A stretch of DNA of 64,000 bases. Origin: Bacteroidales bacterium (GTDB taxonomy: Bacteria; Bacteroidota; Bacteroidia; Bacteroidales; Cfx3-03). Positions within the stretch are counted from its first letter, which is position 1. Each line of letters begins with the position of its first letter. This document shows positions 19,335 to 28,635 of the stretch, piece after piece. Below the pieces are notes generated by a model. The model worked only from the letters and a program-made list of their open reading frames with translations. It was not told the origin of the DNA and searched no databases. Location: assembly GCA_963663125.2 (NCBI GenBank), contig CAXXNW010000007.1:1327408-1391407 (forward strand), in the 5' to 3' direction. Position numbers and translations under genes: made by a program.

Positions 19335-19746
19335 ATGTAACTGGAACGATCTATCATTTACAATAGAAATGTCTTCTATTTTAGTTAAATAACAATCCTT
19401 GATGATTTGTCGATGAGTAGCATATTTTGTATAACCAATATTTAAATAATACCGGAAGATAAAAAAGATAAGAAATAAACACGAAGGTGTGTCAAAATAC
19501 ATTTGAAATGAATTTGATGTAGGTTTGTCCGGTATCTAGTATCCCGGTCAAACCTACATCAAACCTAGTTCAAACATAGGTTAAATTCCTTTTAATATGC
19601 CCTTATGGATCAGTCATATCAGACTCGTATCTTCCTTATATTCGCTTTTCTATTTGGACAAATCATAGATTTCCGTAAATGCGGTGCGAAGTAAAAAAAT
19701 AAAGCCTGTAAATTTTGCATTTACAGGCTTTATAATAAATACTCCG

Positions 19747-19830
19747 TACCCGGAGCCGGGATCGAACCGGCACGACCTCACAGTCATCGGTTTTTGAGAC
19801 CGACGCGTCTACCAATTCCGCCATCTGGGC
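19747..19830 (-). tRNA. tRNA-Leu (anticodon CAA), type II with long variable arm
   Basis: The reverse complement reads GCCCAGATGGCGGAATTGGTAGACGCGTCGGTCTCAAAAACCGATGACTGTGAGGTCGTGCCGGTTCGATCCCGGCTCCGGGTA. The anticodon loop is CTCAAAA and the T-loop is GGTTCGATCC. The acceptor stem has a G1-U72 wobble and one A5/C68 mismatch. CCA is not encoded. Confidence 0.85.
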
Positions 19831-19995
19831 ATTCAAGGAACGAACTCGCATTCCGATTGCAAAATTAGGCATATTTTGTTAATTCACAAGGAAAAAAATA
19901 TTTTTCATAAAAGTCTCTCATTCAATAGTTCGCACTATAAAATTTATTAGTAATTTTGCCAAACACTTTTCATAAACTCCCTAAATAAAGAATCA

Positions 19996-20934
19996 ATGGC
20001 ATGTGAAGTAAATATTTTTTCAGGCCGAACTAGTCGTTATCTGGCTGAAAAAATTGCCGAAAGCTATGGCACAAAGTTAGGAAATGTTGTGATTACCGAG
20101 TTTGCAGATGGTGAATTCCAGCCATCTTTCGAAGATAACATCCGCGGTAATACTGTCTTTATTGTTCAGTCGACTATACCTCCTGCTGAAAATCTGCTCG
20201 AATTATTAATGATGATTGATGCAGCTCGCCGTGCTTCTGCTCGTTCTATTGTTGCTGTGATTCCATATTTTGGACTCGCACGTCAAGATCGTAAAGATAA
20301 ACCACGTGTTTCTATTGGCGCTAAATTAGTGGCAAATCTGCTTACTGCAGCTGGTGTTAACAGAATCATTACTATTGACTTGCATGCTGAACAGATTCAA
20401 GGATTTTTTGATGTCCCGGTTGATCATCTGTTCGCTTCGTCAATCTTTATTCCTTACATTTCAAAAATGAATCTCCCAAATCCTGTCATGGCTACGCCGG
20501 ATACAGGTGGTACACGTAGGGCTGCTGCTTATGCCAAACGGTTGGATATTCCGTTTGTTATTTGTTATAAACAACGTGCAAAAGCTAATCAGATTGAAAA
20601 TATGGCCTTGATTGGTGATGTTAAAGGTAAAGATGTCATCCTTGTTGATGATATCATTGATACCGGCGGTACAATCGTTAAGGCAGCTAAATTAATGATG
20701 GATAATGGCGCTGCAAGTGTTCGGGCTTTCTGTTCACATGCTATTTTATCAAATAATGCTATTGAAAGGATAGAAAATTCTGCTTTTACTGAAGTAATTG
20801 TTTCAGATACTATACCTTTGCGCTCTCAATCAGATAAGATAAGGGTATTATCAACAGCAGGGCTCCTTGGACAGGTTCTTAAACGTGTGGTTAATCACGA
20901 ATCAATCAGTTCACTGTTTAATGTGAATCTTTAA
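19996..20934 (+). CDS. prs: Ribose-phosphate pyrophosphokinase
   Basis: 312 aa. Motifs: IFSGRTSRYLAEKIA, YFGLARQDRK, DLHAEQIQGFFDVPVDHL, ILVDDIIDTGGT. Confidence 0.95.
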   Translation: MACEVNIFSGRTSRYLAEKIAESYGTKLGNVVITEFADGEFQPSFEDNIRGNTVFIVQSTIPPAENLLELLMMIDAARRASARSIVAVIPYFGLARQDRKDKPRVSIGAKLVANLLTAAGVNRIITIDLHAEQIQGFFDVPVDHLFASSIFIPYISKMNLPNPVMATPDTGGTRRAAAYAKRLDIPFVICYKQRAKANQIENMALIGDVKGKDVILVDDIIDTGGTIVKAAKLMMDNGAASVRAFCSHAILSNNAIERIENSAFTEVIVSDTIPLRSQSDKIRVLSTAGLLGQVLKRVVNHESISSLFNVNL

Positions 20935-20959
20935 TAAATCAATAAATAACAAATCAATT

Positions 20960-21556
20960 ATGGAAGCAATTTCTATTAGCGGTTCTCTTCGCGAGAACGT
21001 AGGGAAGAAAGATGCAAAACGTAACCGTAAGGAAGGTCGTATTCCTTGCGTTGTTTACGGGGGCAAAGAACAAATTCATTTTACTGTTGACGAAAAGGCA
21101 TTCGGTCCTTTAATCTTCACTCCTCACACTTACTCTGTTAACCTGAATATTGATGGAAAACAAGTACATGCAGTGATTCAGGAGGTTCAGTATCATAAAG
21201 TAAGTGATAGTGTTATACATGTTGATTTCTTCGAAATCAATCCTGTTAAACCTGTTACTCTTTCTATTCCTGTATTCTTCGACGGTACTGCCGAAGGTGT
21301 TTTAAAAGGTGGAAAGCTAGTCAAGAAGTTTCGTAAGCTTAAAGTACGTGCGCTGATTGAACACATGCCTGATGAAATCAGGGTTGATGTTTCAAAACTT
21401 GAAATTATGGAAAGTTTAAAAGTCAGTGACTTGAAAATTGAAAACTTAGAGTTCCTTGAACCTAAGAATGCTGTTATGGTTTTTGTTAAACCAACACGAG
21501 CAACTCCGGCTGATGCTCCGGCAACTCCAGCAGCAGCTCCGGCTCCGGCTAAGTAA
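20960..21556 (+). CDS. rplY: 50S ribosomal protein L25 / general stress protein Ctc form
   Basis: 198 aa. RENVGKKDAKRNRKEGRIPCVVYG, HVDFFEI, and an Ala/Pro-rich C-terminal tail. It lies in the classic prs - rplY - pth arrangement. Confidence 0.9.
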   Translation: MEAISISGSLRENVGKKDAKRNRKEGRIPCVVYGGKEQIHFTVDEKAFGPLIFTPHTYSVNLNIDGKQVHAVIQEVQYHKVSDSVIHVDFFEINPVKPVTLSIPVFFDGTAEGVLKGGKLVKKFRKLKVRALIEHMPDEIRVDVSKLEIMESLKVSDLKIENLEFLEPKNAVMVFVKPTRATPADAPATPAAAPAPAK

Positions 21557-21587
21557 TAATTCGGATTTTAAATTAAGCAAATATAAA

Positions 21588-21624
21588 AATAGCGAAACTC
21601 TTTACCGGGTTTCGCTATTTTTGT
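21588..21624 (+). terminator. Rho-independent terminator after rplY
   Basis: aatagcgaaac (21588-21598) pairs with gtttcgctatt (21609-21619). It is followed by tttgt. Confidence 0.7.
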
Positions 21625-21710
21625 AAGTGAAAACATAAATCACACGCCGAATAGCTGATGGATTTATTTAATATCAACTATTCGATCTTGAGAAAATAAA
21701 TGATCTACAA

Positions 21711-22274
21711 ATGAAATATCTGATTTGCGGTTTAGGTAATATTGGAGATGAGTATGCTAATACCCGTCATAATATAGGTTTTATGATTCTTGATGCTTTG
21801 GCTAAGGAATTGGAAGCAACATTTACAACCGAACGATATGCTATGATGGCCGAAGGGAAATATAAGGGGCGACAACTGATTCTGATTAAACCGACTACCT
21901 ACATGAACCTGAGTGGTAAGGCTTATCGCTATTGGCTTAAATTGCATGATATTCCCATCGATCGTTCTTTGGTTATTTCTGATGACCTTGATCTGGATTT
22001 GGGTGTCCTCAGGATGAAAGGAAAGGGAAGTGGCGGTACACACAATGGCCTTAATAATATTATTGAGGTGATGGGCCGTAACGACTACCCCAGATTAAGG
22101 GTAGGGATTGGAAACGACTTTCATCGCGGAATGCAAATTGAATATGTACTGGGGCAATGGAAGAAAGAGGAGGAGAGTGTATTGATTGAGCGAATTCCGG
22201 TTGCTGTTGAAATGATAAAAAGTTTTACCACTATTGGTCCTGCACTCACCATGAATCAGTTTAATAATAAATAG
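21711..22274 (+). CDS. pth: Peptidyl-tRNA hydrolase
   Basis: 187 aa. LICGLGNIGDEYANTRHNIGF, KPTTYMNLSG, DDLDLDLGVLRMKGKGSGGTHNGL. Confidence 0.95.
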   Translation: MKYLICGLGNIGDEYANTRHNIGFMILDALAKELEATFTTERYAMMAEGKYKGRQLILIKPTTYMNLSGKAYRYWLKLHDIPIDRSLVISDDLDLDLGVLRMKGKGSGGTHNGLNNIIEVMGRNDYPRLRVGIGNDFHRGMQIEYVLGQWKKEEESVLIERIPVAVEMIKSFTTIGPALTMNQFNNK

Positions 22275-22280
22275 ACGAGG

Positions 22281-22730
22281 CTATTCATTATCACAGGCAT
22301 ACCACTCCGCAAAAGAAGTTACCGTTTCACGAAGAAGTAAACTATACAACGTTACAGTCGCAGGTAATTTCTTTTTTAGAATTTCGGCAAAATAAATTAA
22401 AAGATTTTCACTGGTAGGTTGATAATCGACGGTAATTAATTTTCCGTAAAGCTCCATAGATCCTTCATTGATCAGGGCTGCACTATCTTTGTGCAACACC
22501 AATGCATGATCATAGAGATCGATAATATTTTCGCGAACAATATTCTTTAATAATTTGAAATCTATTACCATTCCGTTGTCGGAAGAACCGGGGTCGTTTA
22601 CCGGTTCTCCCTTAACAGTAACAAATAGTTCGTACGAATGACCGTGAATATTTTTACAAGGCCCTACATAGCCCTTTAGAGCATGGGCCATCTCAAATTT
22701 AAATTCTTTGGTGATTCTTATAATAGACAT
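22281..22730 (-). CDS. queD: 6-carboxy-5,6,7,8-tetrahydropterin synthase (PTPS-family, QueD-like)
   Basis: 149 aa. EFKFEMAHAL..Y.GPCKNIHGHSYEL (the C-x3-HGH zinc/catalytic motif), plus a C-terminal ETVTSFAEW. Confidence 0.85.
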   Translation of the reverse strand: MSIIRITKEFKFEMAHALKGYVGPCKNIHGHSYELFVTVKGEPVNDPGSSDNGMVIDFKLLKNIVRENIIDLYDHALVLHKDSAALINEGSMELYGKLITVDYQPTSENLLIYFAEILKKKLPATVTLYSLLLRETVTSFAEWYACDNE

Positions 22731-22742
22731 GTTATGCTTTGC

Positions 22743-23204
22743 TTAAACGTAAATCATATCAACGATCTTTTCAAGATACAATTGATCTGTTTCATCAAAT
22801 GTATTCAACGTTACGCTGTCGATATCAAATGCTCCGACAATGACTCCGGCTTTGTTTCGAACAGGAATCACGATTTCTGATTGAGAACGACTATCGCAAG
22901 CAATGTGACCAGGAAAATCATGTACATTCCCAACTATGATAGTTTTTCCCTGATTTATTGCAGCCCAACAAACACCGGTGTCTTTCTTTAGAATCTGACA
23001 AGCTACCGGGCCCTGATATAGACGAACAGTGAGTTCTCCATTGTTGAGAAAGTAAAAACCAGTCCAAAAGAAACCATCCATTTTATGATGAAGCACAGCT
23101 ACAATAGTAGCCATCCTGGAATTATTATCATTGGTTTTAGTTAATAACTCCTGTAGTTGGATGATGATTCTTTCGTATCGTCCTGATTTTTTTTTGCTAT
23201 CCAT
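22743..23204 (-). CDS. GAF-domain protein, free methionine-(R)-sulfoxide reductase-like (YebR/MsrC family)
   Basis: About 153 aa counted from the ATG at 23204; the ORF-track start at 23225 is a TTG. Motifs: FFWTGFYF, LYQGPVACQIL..DTGVCWAA, FPGHIACDSRSQSEIVIPV. Confidence 0.75.
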   Translation of the reverse strand: MDSKKKSGRYERIIIQLQELLTKTNDNNSRMATIVAVLHHKMDGFFWTGFYFLNNGELTVRLYQGPVACQILKKDTGVCWAAINQGKTIIVGNVHDFPGHIACDSRSQSEIVIPVRNKAGVIVGAFDIDSVTLNTFDETDQLYLEKIVDMIYV

Positions 23205-23242
23205 GAGTTGATTTTTGACGTGCAAAGATAACTTTAAAAGCG

Positions 23243-24616
23243 TTAGGCTCTTTCCATTTCCACAGTAAAGTGGCGCATGATTGGAGCTTCGTAAGTTATT
23301 TTAAGTCCTCTGGTTATTGTATCACGACGATCCCAAACATTCTTGAGTGCTACTGCTACAACGTCCATGTGATTATTGCTGTAGACTCTTCTGGGGATTG
23401 CCAGACGTACCATTTCCAGTTTTGGATATCGGTTTTCACGTGTTATCGGATCACGGTCGGCCATCATGGCGCCTATTTCAACACCACGTATGCCTGCTTC
23501 GAGATAGAGTTCTATTCCGAGTGTTTGTGCGATAAACTCTTCTCTTGGAACCCGGGATAGTACCTTCGTGGCATCTACAAAAATTGCATGTCCTCCGGAT
23601 GGTTTCTGATAGGGAATTCCAAACTCATCCAGGCGGTTTCCCAAATAAGCAACCTGACGTATTCTGGTATCGAGATAATCAAATTCTGTACCTTCATCCA
23701 ATCCTGCTGCCAATGCATTCATATCGCGTCCGCTCATCCCACCATAGGTTACAAAACCTTCAAACATGATGTTATAAACGCTTGCCTGCTGAAGAAGCTC
23801 TTTTGAGCGCATGGCTATGAAACCACCCATATTTACGATTGCATCTTTCTTTGCACTCATTGTCATTACATCGGCATTAGCAAATATCTCTTTTACAATT
23901 GCCTTAATGCTTTTATCGGCATACCCTTTTTCACGTGTCTTGATAAAATAAGCATTCTCAGCAAAGCGGGCTGAATCGATAACTACCATCTTGCCGTATT
24001 TATTGGCTAACTGACGAACCTCACGTAAGTTTTGCATGGAAACGGGTTGACCTCCTGCTGTATTGTTAGTAATGGTGAGTATGATAAATGGAATACGATC
24101 GCCATATTGCTTGAGTGCGTTTTCTAACTTAACGGGATCTACATTCCCTTTGAAGGGGTGCTCATGTTGTGTATCAAAAGCCTCATCAATGGTACAATCC
24201 AATGCTGTTGCTTTACGGAATTCAATGTGCCCTTTGGTTGTATCAAAATGGGAGTTCCCCGGAACTACATTGCCCTCTTTTACAAGAGTGGAGAATAAAA
24301 CATTTTCGGCAGCCCGTCCCTGATGTGTCGGTAAGAAGTGTTCGAAACCGAGAATTGAATTAATGGCTTCTTTTAATTTAAAATAAGATGATGCCCCTGC
24401 ATAACTTTCATCTCCCAACATCATGGCGCTCCATTGCCGGTCGCTCATGGCACCTGTTCCCGAGTCGGTCAATAGGTCGATGAATACACATTCACTTCTG
24501 AGGTTGAATAAGTTATACTTGGCTTCTTTAATCCATATTTCACGTTCTTCACGTGTACTACGGCGGATGGGTTCCACCATTTTTGATTTATATGATTCTG
24601 AAAAAGGTAATTCCAT
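23243..24616 (-). CDS. tnaA: Tryptophanase (beta-eliminating lyase family; tyrosine phenol-lyase not excluded)
   Basis: 457 aa. MELPFSESYKSKMVEPIRRSTREERE..., DLLTDSGTGAMSDRQW, and SAKKD (PLP-lysine region). Length is in the tryptophanase range. Confidence 0.85.
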   Translation of the reverse strand: MELPFSESYKSKMVEPIRRSTREEREIWIKEAKYNLFNLRSECVFIDLLTDSGTGAMSDRQWSAMMLGDESYAGASSYFKLKEAINSILGFEHFLPTHQGRAAENVLFSTLVKEGNVVPGNSHFDTTKGHIEFRKATALDCTIDEAFDTQHEHPFKGNVDPVKLENALKQYGDRIPFIILTITNNTAGGQPVSMQNLREVRQLANKYGKMVVIDSARFAENAYFIKTREKGYADKSIKAIVKEIFANADVMTMSAKKDAIVNMGGFIAMRSKELLQQASVYNIMFEGFVTYGGMSGRDMNALAAGLDEGTEFDYLDTRIRQVAYLGNRLDEFGIPYQKPSGGHAIFVDATKVLSRVPREEFIAQTLGIELYLEAGIRGVEIGAMMADRDPITRENRYPKLEMVRLAIPRRVYSNNHMDVVAVALKNVWDRRDTITRGLKITYEAPIMRHFTVEMERA

Positions 24617-25020
24617 GATTTTAGTTTTTTTAATAATTTGAAATAAACAAAATGAGCATAAAATTTTATTTCATGCTATCACGATAAAAGATGTAAATGA
24701 GATGATCATAAAGACAAGGGAGAGTGGATGTCTTATGGAATCTAAATCATGCAGATATAAAGACATTATTTAATTCCATCTGACCAAATGTTCAAATTAT
24801 TAACAAACGAAACTATCACGTTTCTTTATATGCATGTACCTGCAGATGCTTAAAGCGGAAATAAGTCTGAATAGAAACATGTTGTACAATATTTGGTACA
24901 AAAAAAGTGTATCTGTTTATTAAATGCAAGCATATTACACTTTTTTTTATTTGTACAAAAATACACAAAGGAATCAATTAACGCAGTAAATTCGCTATTT
25001 GAATTCAATCTGCAAGAAAT

Positions 25021-26292
25021 ATGAAAAGATTATTAACTATTGTGTTGGTATTTACAGCATTACATGCATCTTCTTTAAATTTTGATGAGTATTTTGAAAA
25101 CAGAACACTTCGGATTGATTATTATCATGCCGGTAATTCTAACAGTGATGAGTATTTTATTGATGAAATTAAAGCGGAACCCTATTGGGGTGGTTCGCAT
25201 GTTAATTTGGTCGACACCATGTCTTATGGTAACTATCTTTTTAAGGTTTTTGACGTAGCATCTAATAACTTGATTTATTCAAGAGGATATTGCACCTTAT
25301 TTGACGAATGGCAAACAACACTGGAAGCAAAGCAGACCAAGAAGAGTTTCAGCGAAACAGTAGTAATGCCATTTCCTAAAAAAGATGTTCGTGTTGAGTT
25401 TTATACCAGAAACAAAAAGGGTGTTTATGAAAAGAAATTTGAATATGCCGTTAAAGTAAAAAGCTATTTCATTAGTCCTGAACGAAAACTTCAGTATCCG
25501 GTTTTTGATGCTTATATTAGTGGTGATCCTAAGAATTGTGTAGATATTGTAATATTACCCGAAGGTTATACTGCTGATGAAATGGATAAATTTAAAGAGG
25601 ATTGTAGAACCTTTGCTAAGTCCTTATTTGAATTCGACCCCTATACAAAGAACAAAAACAAGTTTAATATCAGAGCAGTGCTTGCTCCGTCTCCAGAGTC
25701 AGGTGTAGATATCCCAGCCCAACATATTTGGAAGAAGACGTTATTGAATGCTAATTTCTATACTTTCGATAGTGAGAGATATTTAATGACCAATGATAAT
25801 AAGAGTCTTCGCGACATGGCCGGAAATGCACCTTATGATCAGATCTACATTATTGCTAATAGTAAAAAATACGGTGGAGGCGGTATATTCAACCATTACT
25901 GTGTGTCTGTAAACAGTAATTCTTACGCTGCCAAGATCTTTATTCATGAATTTGGTCATGGCTTTGCCGGTTTGGCCGATGAATATTTTGATTCTTCAAC
26001 CTCGTACAATGATTTTTACCCACTCGATATAGAACCCTGGGAACCGAATATATCTACTTTGGTTAATTTTGACAGAAAATGGAAGAATCTATTACCGGCC
26101 GGAACTCCCATCCCAACAGAACCCAATGTTGATAACCCTTTAAAATTGGGCGTTTATGAAGGTGGGGGATATGTAGCGAAGGGGATGTATCGTCCTTCTA
26201 CAGATTGTTTAATGCATACTTTTAAAGTAGATGAATTTTGCGGCGCTTGCCAGAAGGCAATACAAAAGATGATTGATTTCTATTGCCGGTAA
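25021..26292 (+). CDS. Peptidase M64 (IgA-peptidase-like zinc metalloprotease), secreted
   Basis: 423 aa with a signal peptide. The zinc motif HEFGHGFAGLADEY has the typical M64 context. Confidence 0.8.
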   Translation: MKRLLTIVLVFTALHASSLNFDEYFENRTLRIDYYHAGNSNSDEYFIDEIKAEPYWGGSHVNLVDTMSYGNYLFKVFDVASNNLIYSRGYCTLFDEWQTTLEAKQTKKSFSETVVMPFPKKDVRVEFYTRNKKGVYEKKFEYAVKVKSYFISPERKLQYPVFDAYISGDPKNCVDIVILPEGYTADEMDKFKEDCRTFAKSLFEFDPYTKNKNKFNIRAVLAPSPESGVDIPAQHIWKKTLLNANFYTFDSERYLMTNDNKSLRDMAGNAPYDQIYIIANSKKYGGGGIFNHYCVSVNSNSYAAKIFIHEFGHGFAGLADEYFDSSTSYNDFYPLDIEPWEPNISTLVNFDRKWKNLLPAGTPIPTEPNVDNPLKLGVYEGGGYVAKGMYRPSTDCLMHTFKVDEFCGACQKAIQKMIDFYCR

Positions 26293-26435
26293 GGTAATAC
26301 ACTTTTGAATCAGATATAGCGATTTATATTGTTTAAAACACTAATTATGAGTAATTTTTCCGCCTTGAAAAACAGGTAACTAAATAAAATAAAAACTCTA
26401 TATATCATCACATTAATTTTTCGGAGGACAAATAA

Positions 26436-27344
26436 ATGTTAATTACAAAACTTGACCAAATAGTCGAGGCTGTAAAGTCTCGACCCCGCAAACGTTTAAT
26501 TGCGGCCTATGCAAATGATGCACATACTATCGAAGCGATAAGCAGAGCAATAGATCTAGGTATTGTTGAAGCCACACTGGTGGGCGATACCGATCAAATT
26601 GAACGGGTCTGCAAAGAGGGCAGTTTCGACGCAGGGAAATTTAATATCATTCACGAAACGGATGAGACAAAAGCTGTAACGAAAGCGGTATCTCTTATAA
26701 ACAAAGGTGAAGGTAACCTCATTATGAAAGGCCTTGTGAGTACGGATAAGTACATGCGGGCTATCTTGAATAAAGAAACCGGATTAATGAACCCGGGTGC
26801 TATTTTAAGTCATGTTACGGTGATCGAGCACAAATCATACAAAAAACTTTTGATTTGCGGTGATGTGGCAATTATTCCTCAACCTGATTTAAAGCAGAAA
26901 ATCGCTATCACAAATTATCTGATTGATACAGCATATGCCTTTGGAATTAGTCTTCCTAAAGTGGCATTAATTGCTGCTACTGAACAGATGCTTGCTGCAA
27001 TGCCAGCTTGTATCGATGCTGCCATCATTGCTAAAATGGCCGATAGGGGACAACTAAAAAAGGCTTTAGTAGATGGTCCGTTGGCTCTGGATACTGCTAT
27101 TGATAAGCAATCAGCTGAAATTAAGAAGCTTACGAGTGATGTTGCCGGAGATGCAGATTGTCTTTTATTCCCAAATATTGAATCAGGAAATATCTTCTAT
27201 AAGACAAGTACAAAGCTATGCGGAGCCGAATTAGGTGCATTTGTTGCAGGGGCGAGAGTTCCAGCCATTCTTTCATCTCGTGGAGATTCTTCATTAACTA
27301 AGATGTATTCAATAGCGCTCAGTGCTTTAGTATCCAAACAGTAA
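26436..27344 (+). CDS. ptb: Phosphate butyryltransferase
   Basis: 302 aa. PTA/PTB family features (IMKGLVSTDKYMRAIL, SHVTVIE, GDADCLLFPNIESGNIFYK). It lies directly upstream of buk. Confidence 0.88.
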   Translation: MLITKLDQIVEAVKSRPRKRLIAAYANDAHTIEAISRAIDLGIVEATLVGDTDQIERVCKEGSFDAGKFNIIHETDETKAVTKAVSLINKGEGNLIMKGLVSTDKYMRAILNKETGLMNPGAILSHVTVIEHKSYKKLLICGDVAIIPQPDLKQKIAITNYLIDTAYAFGISLPKVALIAATEQMLAAMPACIDAAIIAKMADRGQLKKALVDGPLALDTAIDKQSAEIKKLTSDVAGDADCLLFPNIESGNIFYKTSTKLCGAELGAFVAGARVPAILSSRGDSSLTKMYSIALSALVSKQ

Positions 27345-27354
27345 AAGAAAGCAA

Positions 27355-28431
27355 ATGGAAGATTTTCGTATTCTTGCCATTAATCCCGGTTCTACTTCTA
27401 CAAAGATTGCTATTTATTTTAATACAAATCCGCTCTTTGTAAAAACGATAAGACACTCGTCAGAAGACTTGGCCGGGTTTGATAAAATAACTGATCAGTA
27501 TCTGTTTAGAAAAGATATTATTTATCAGGAACTTAAAGATGCCGGGATAAATCTTGATGATTTAAATGCAATTGTTGGCAGGGGAGGATTGGTTAAACCG
27601 ATTCCTTCGGGAGTTTATGAAGTTAATGATGCCTTAATCAGAGATTTGGCAGATAGTAAGGTCGGTGAGCATGCCAGTAATTTAGGTGGTTTAATAGCTT
27701 ATGATATTGTAAAGTCACTTCCTCATGCACGGGCCTTTATTGCCGACCCGGTTGTGGTTGATGAGTTATGTGATTATGCTCGGATAACCGGCCATCCATT
27801 ACTGAAAAAGGTATCTATTTTTCATGCACTGAATCAAAAAGCCATTGCTCGCGAACATGCAAAAAGCATTATGCGAAACTATGAAGATATGAATCTGATT
27901 GTAGTTCATCTTGGTGGTGGTATTTCTGTAGGTGCGCATCTTAAGGGTAGAGTTATTGATGTGAATAATGCGTTGAATGGTGAGGGCCCCTTTTCGCCTG
28001 ACCGAAGTGGCGCATTGCCTGCCGGAGCACTTGCGCAACTCTGTTTTAGTGGTAAGTACACTCAGAAAGAGGTAATGAAAATGATTGTAGGTGGAGGTGG
28101 ATTAGAAGCTTATCTTGGAACCAATAGTGCTTATGATGTTGAACAAAAAGCAATAGCAGGAGATTCTAAGTGTAAGCTGATCTTTGAAGCAATGGCTTAT
28201 CATGTGGCCAAAGAGATTGGAAGTATGTCGCCGGTTTTAAACGGAGATGTAGATGGAATTCTGATCACAGGCGGTATTGCTAATTCAAAATTATTTGTTA
28301 ATCTGATTATCCAACGTGTTTTCAAAATAGCTCCCGTTTATGTTTATCCGGGAGAGGATGAAATGCGTGCACTTGCAATGAATGGATTAATGGCGCTTAG
28401 AGGGGAACTTGAACCCAAAATTTATCAATAA
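27355..28431 (+). CDS. buk: Butyrate kinase
   Basis: 358 aa. ILAINPGSTSTKIAIY, VVHLGGGISVGAH, NALNGEGPFSPDRSG, ILITGGIANS. Confidence 0.92.
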   Translation: MEDFRILAINPGSTSTKIAIYFNTNPLFVKTIRHSSEDLAGFDKITDQYLFRKDIIYQELKDAGINLDDLNAIVGRGGLVKPIPSGVYEVNDALIRDLADSKVGEHASNLGGLIAYDIVKSLPHARAFIADPVVVDELCDYARITGHPLLKKVSIFHALNQKAIAREHAKSIMRNYEDMNLIVVHLGGGISVGAHLKGRVIDVNNALNGEGPFSPDRSGALPAGALAQLCFSGKYTQKEVMKMIVGGGGLEAYLGTNSAYDVEQKAIAGDSKCKLIFEAMAYHVAKEIGSMSPVLNGDVDGILITGGIANSKLFVNLIIQRVFKIAPVYVYPGEDEMRALAMNGLMALRGELEPKIYQ

Positions 28432-28466
28432 CATAAGAGAGCCTGAATTTTTTTATTAAAAATCAG

Positions 28467-28499
28467 AGAAGCCTTTAGAATATTAAAGGCTTCTTTTTG
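28467..28499 (+). terminator. Rho-independent terminator after buk
   Basis: agaagccttta (28467-28477) pairs with taaaggcttct (28484-28494), followed by ttttgt. Confidence 0.8.
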
Positions 28500-28635
28500 T
28501 TTAAAGCGTGCTTTTCTTTCTGATCTTTTCAAAAGAGGTCTAAAATGTTTAAATAGGTAGTTTTTAATTTATTAAGTAAATTTTCGTTTCATCAAGATTT
28601 TGTGATTTTATCAGTAATTTTGTAAAAAATAGATA

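Noticed and set aside
19663-19872. A 69-aa ORF on the minus strand.
   Set aside because: It is entirely explained by the tRNA-Leu gene it overlaps and has no coding features.
24617-24760. A TnaC-like leader peptide or attenuator upstream of tryptophanase.
   Set aside because: The only upstream mini-ORFs on the minus strand (MIISFTSFIVI*, MK*, MLILFISNY*) contain no Trp codon and are not followed by a Rho-utilisation-like spacer. Nothing supports an E. coli-type mechanism.
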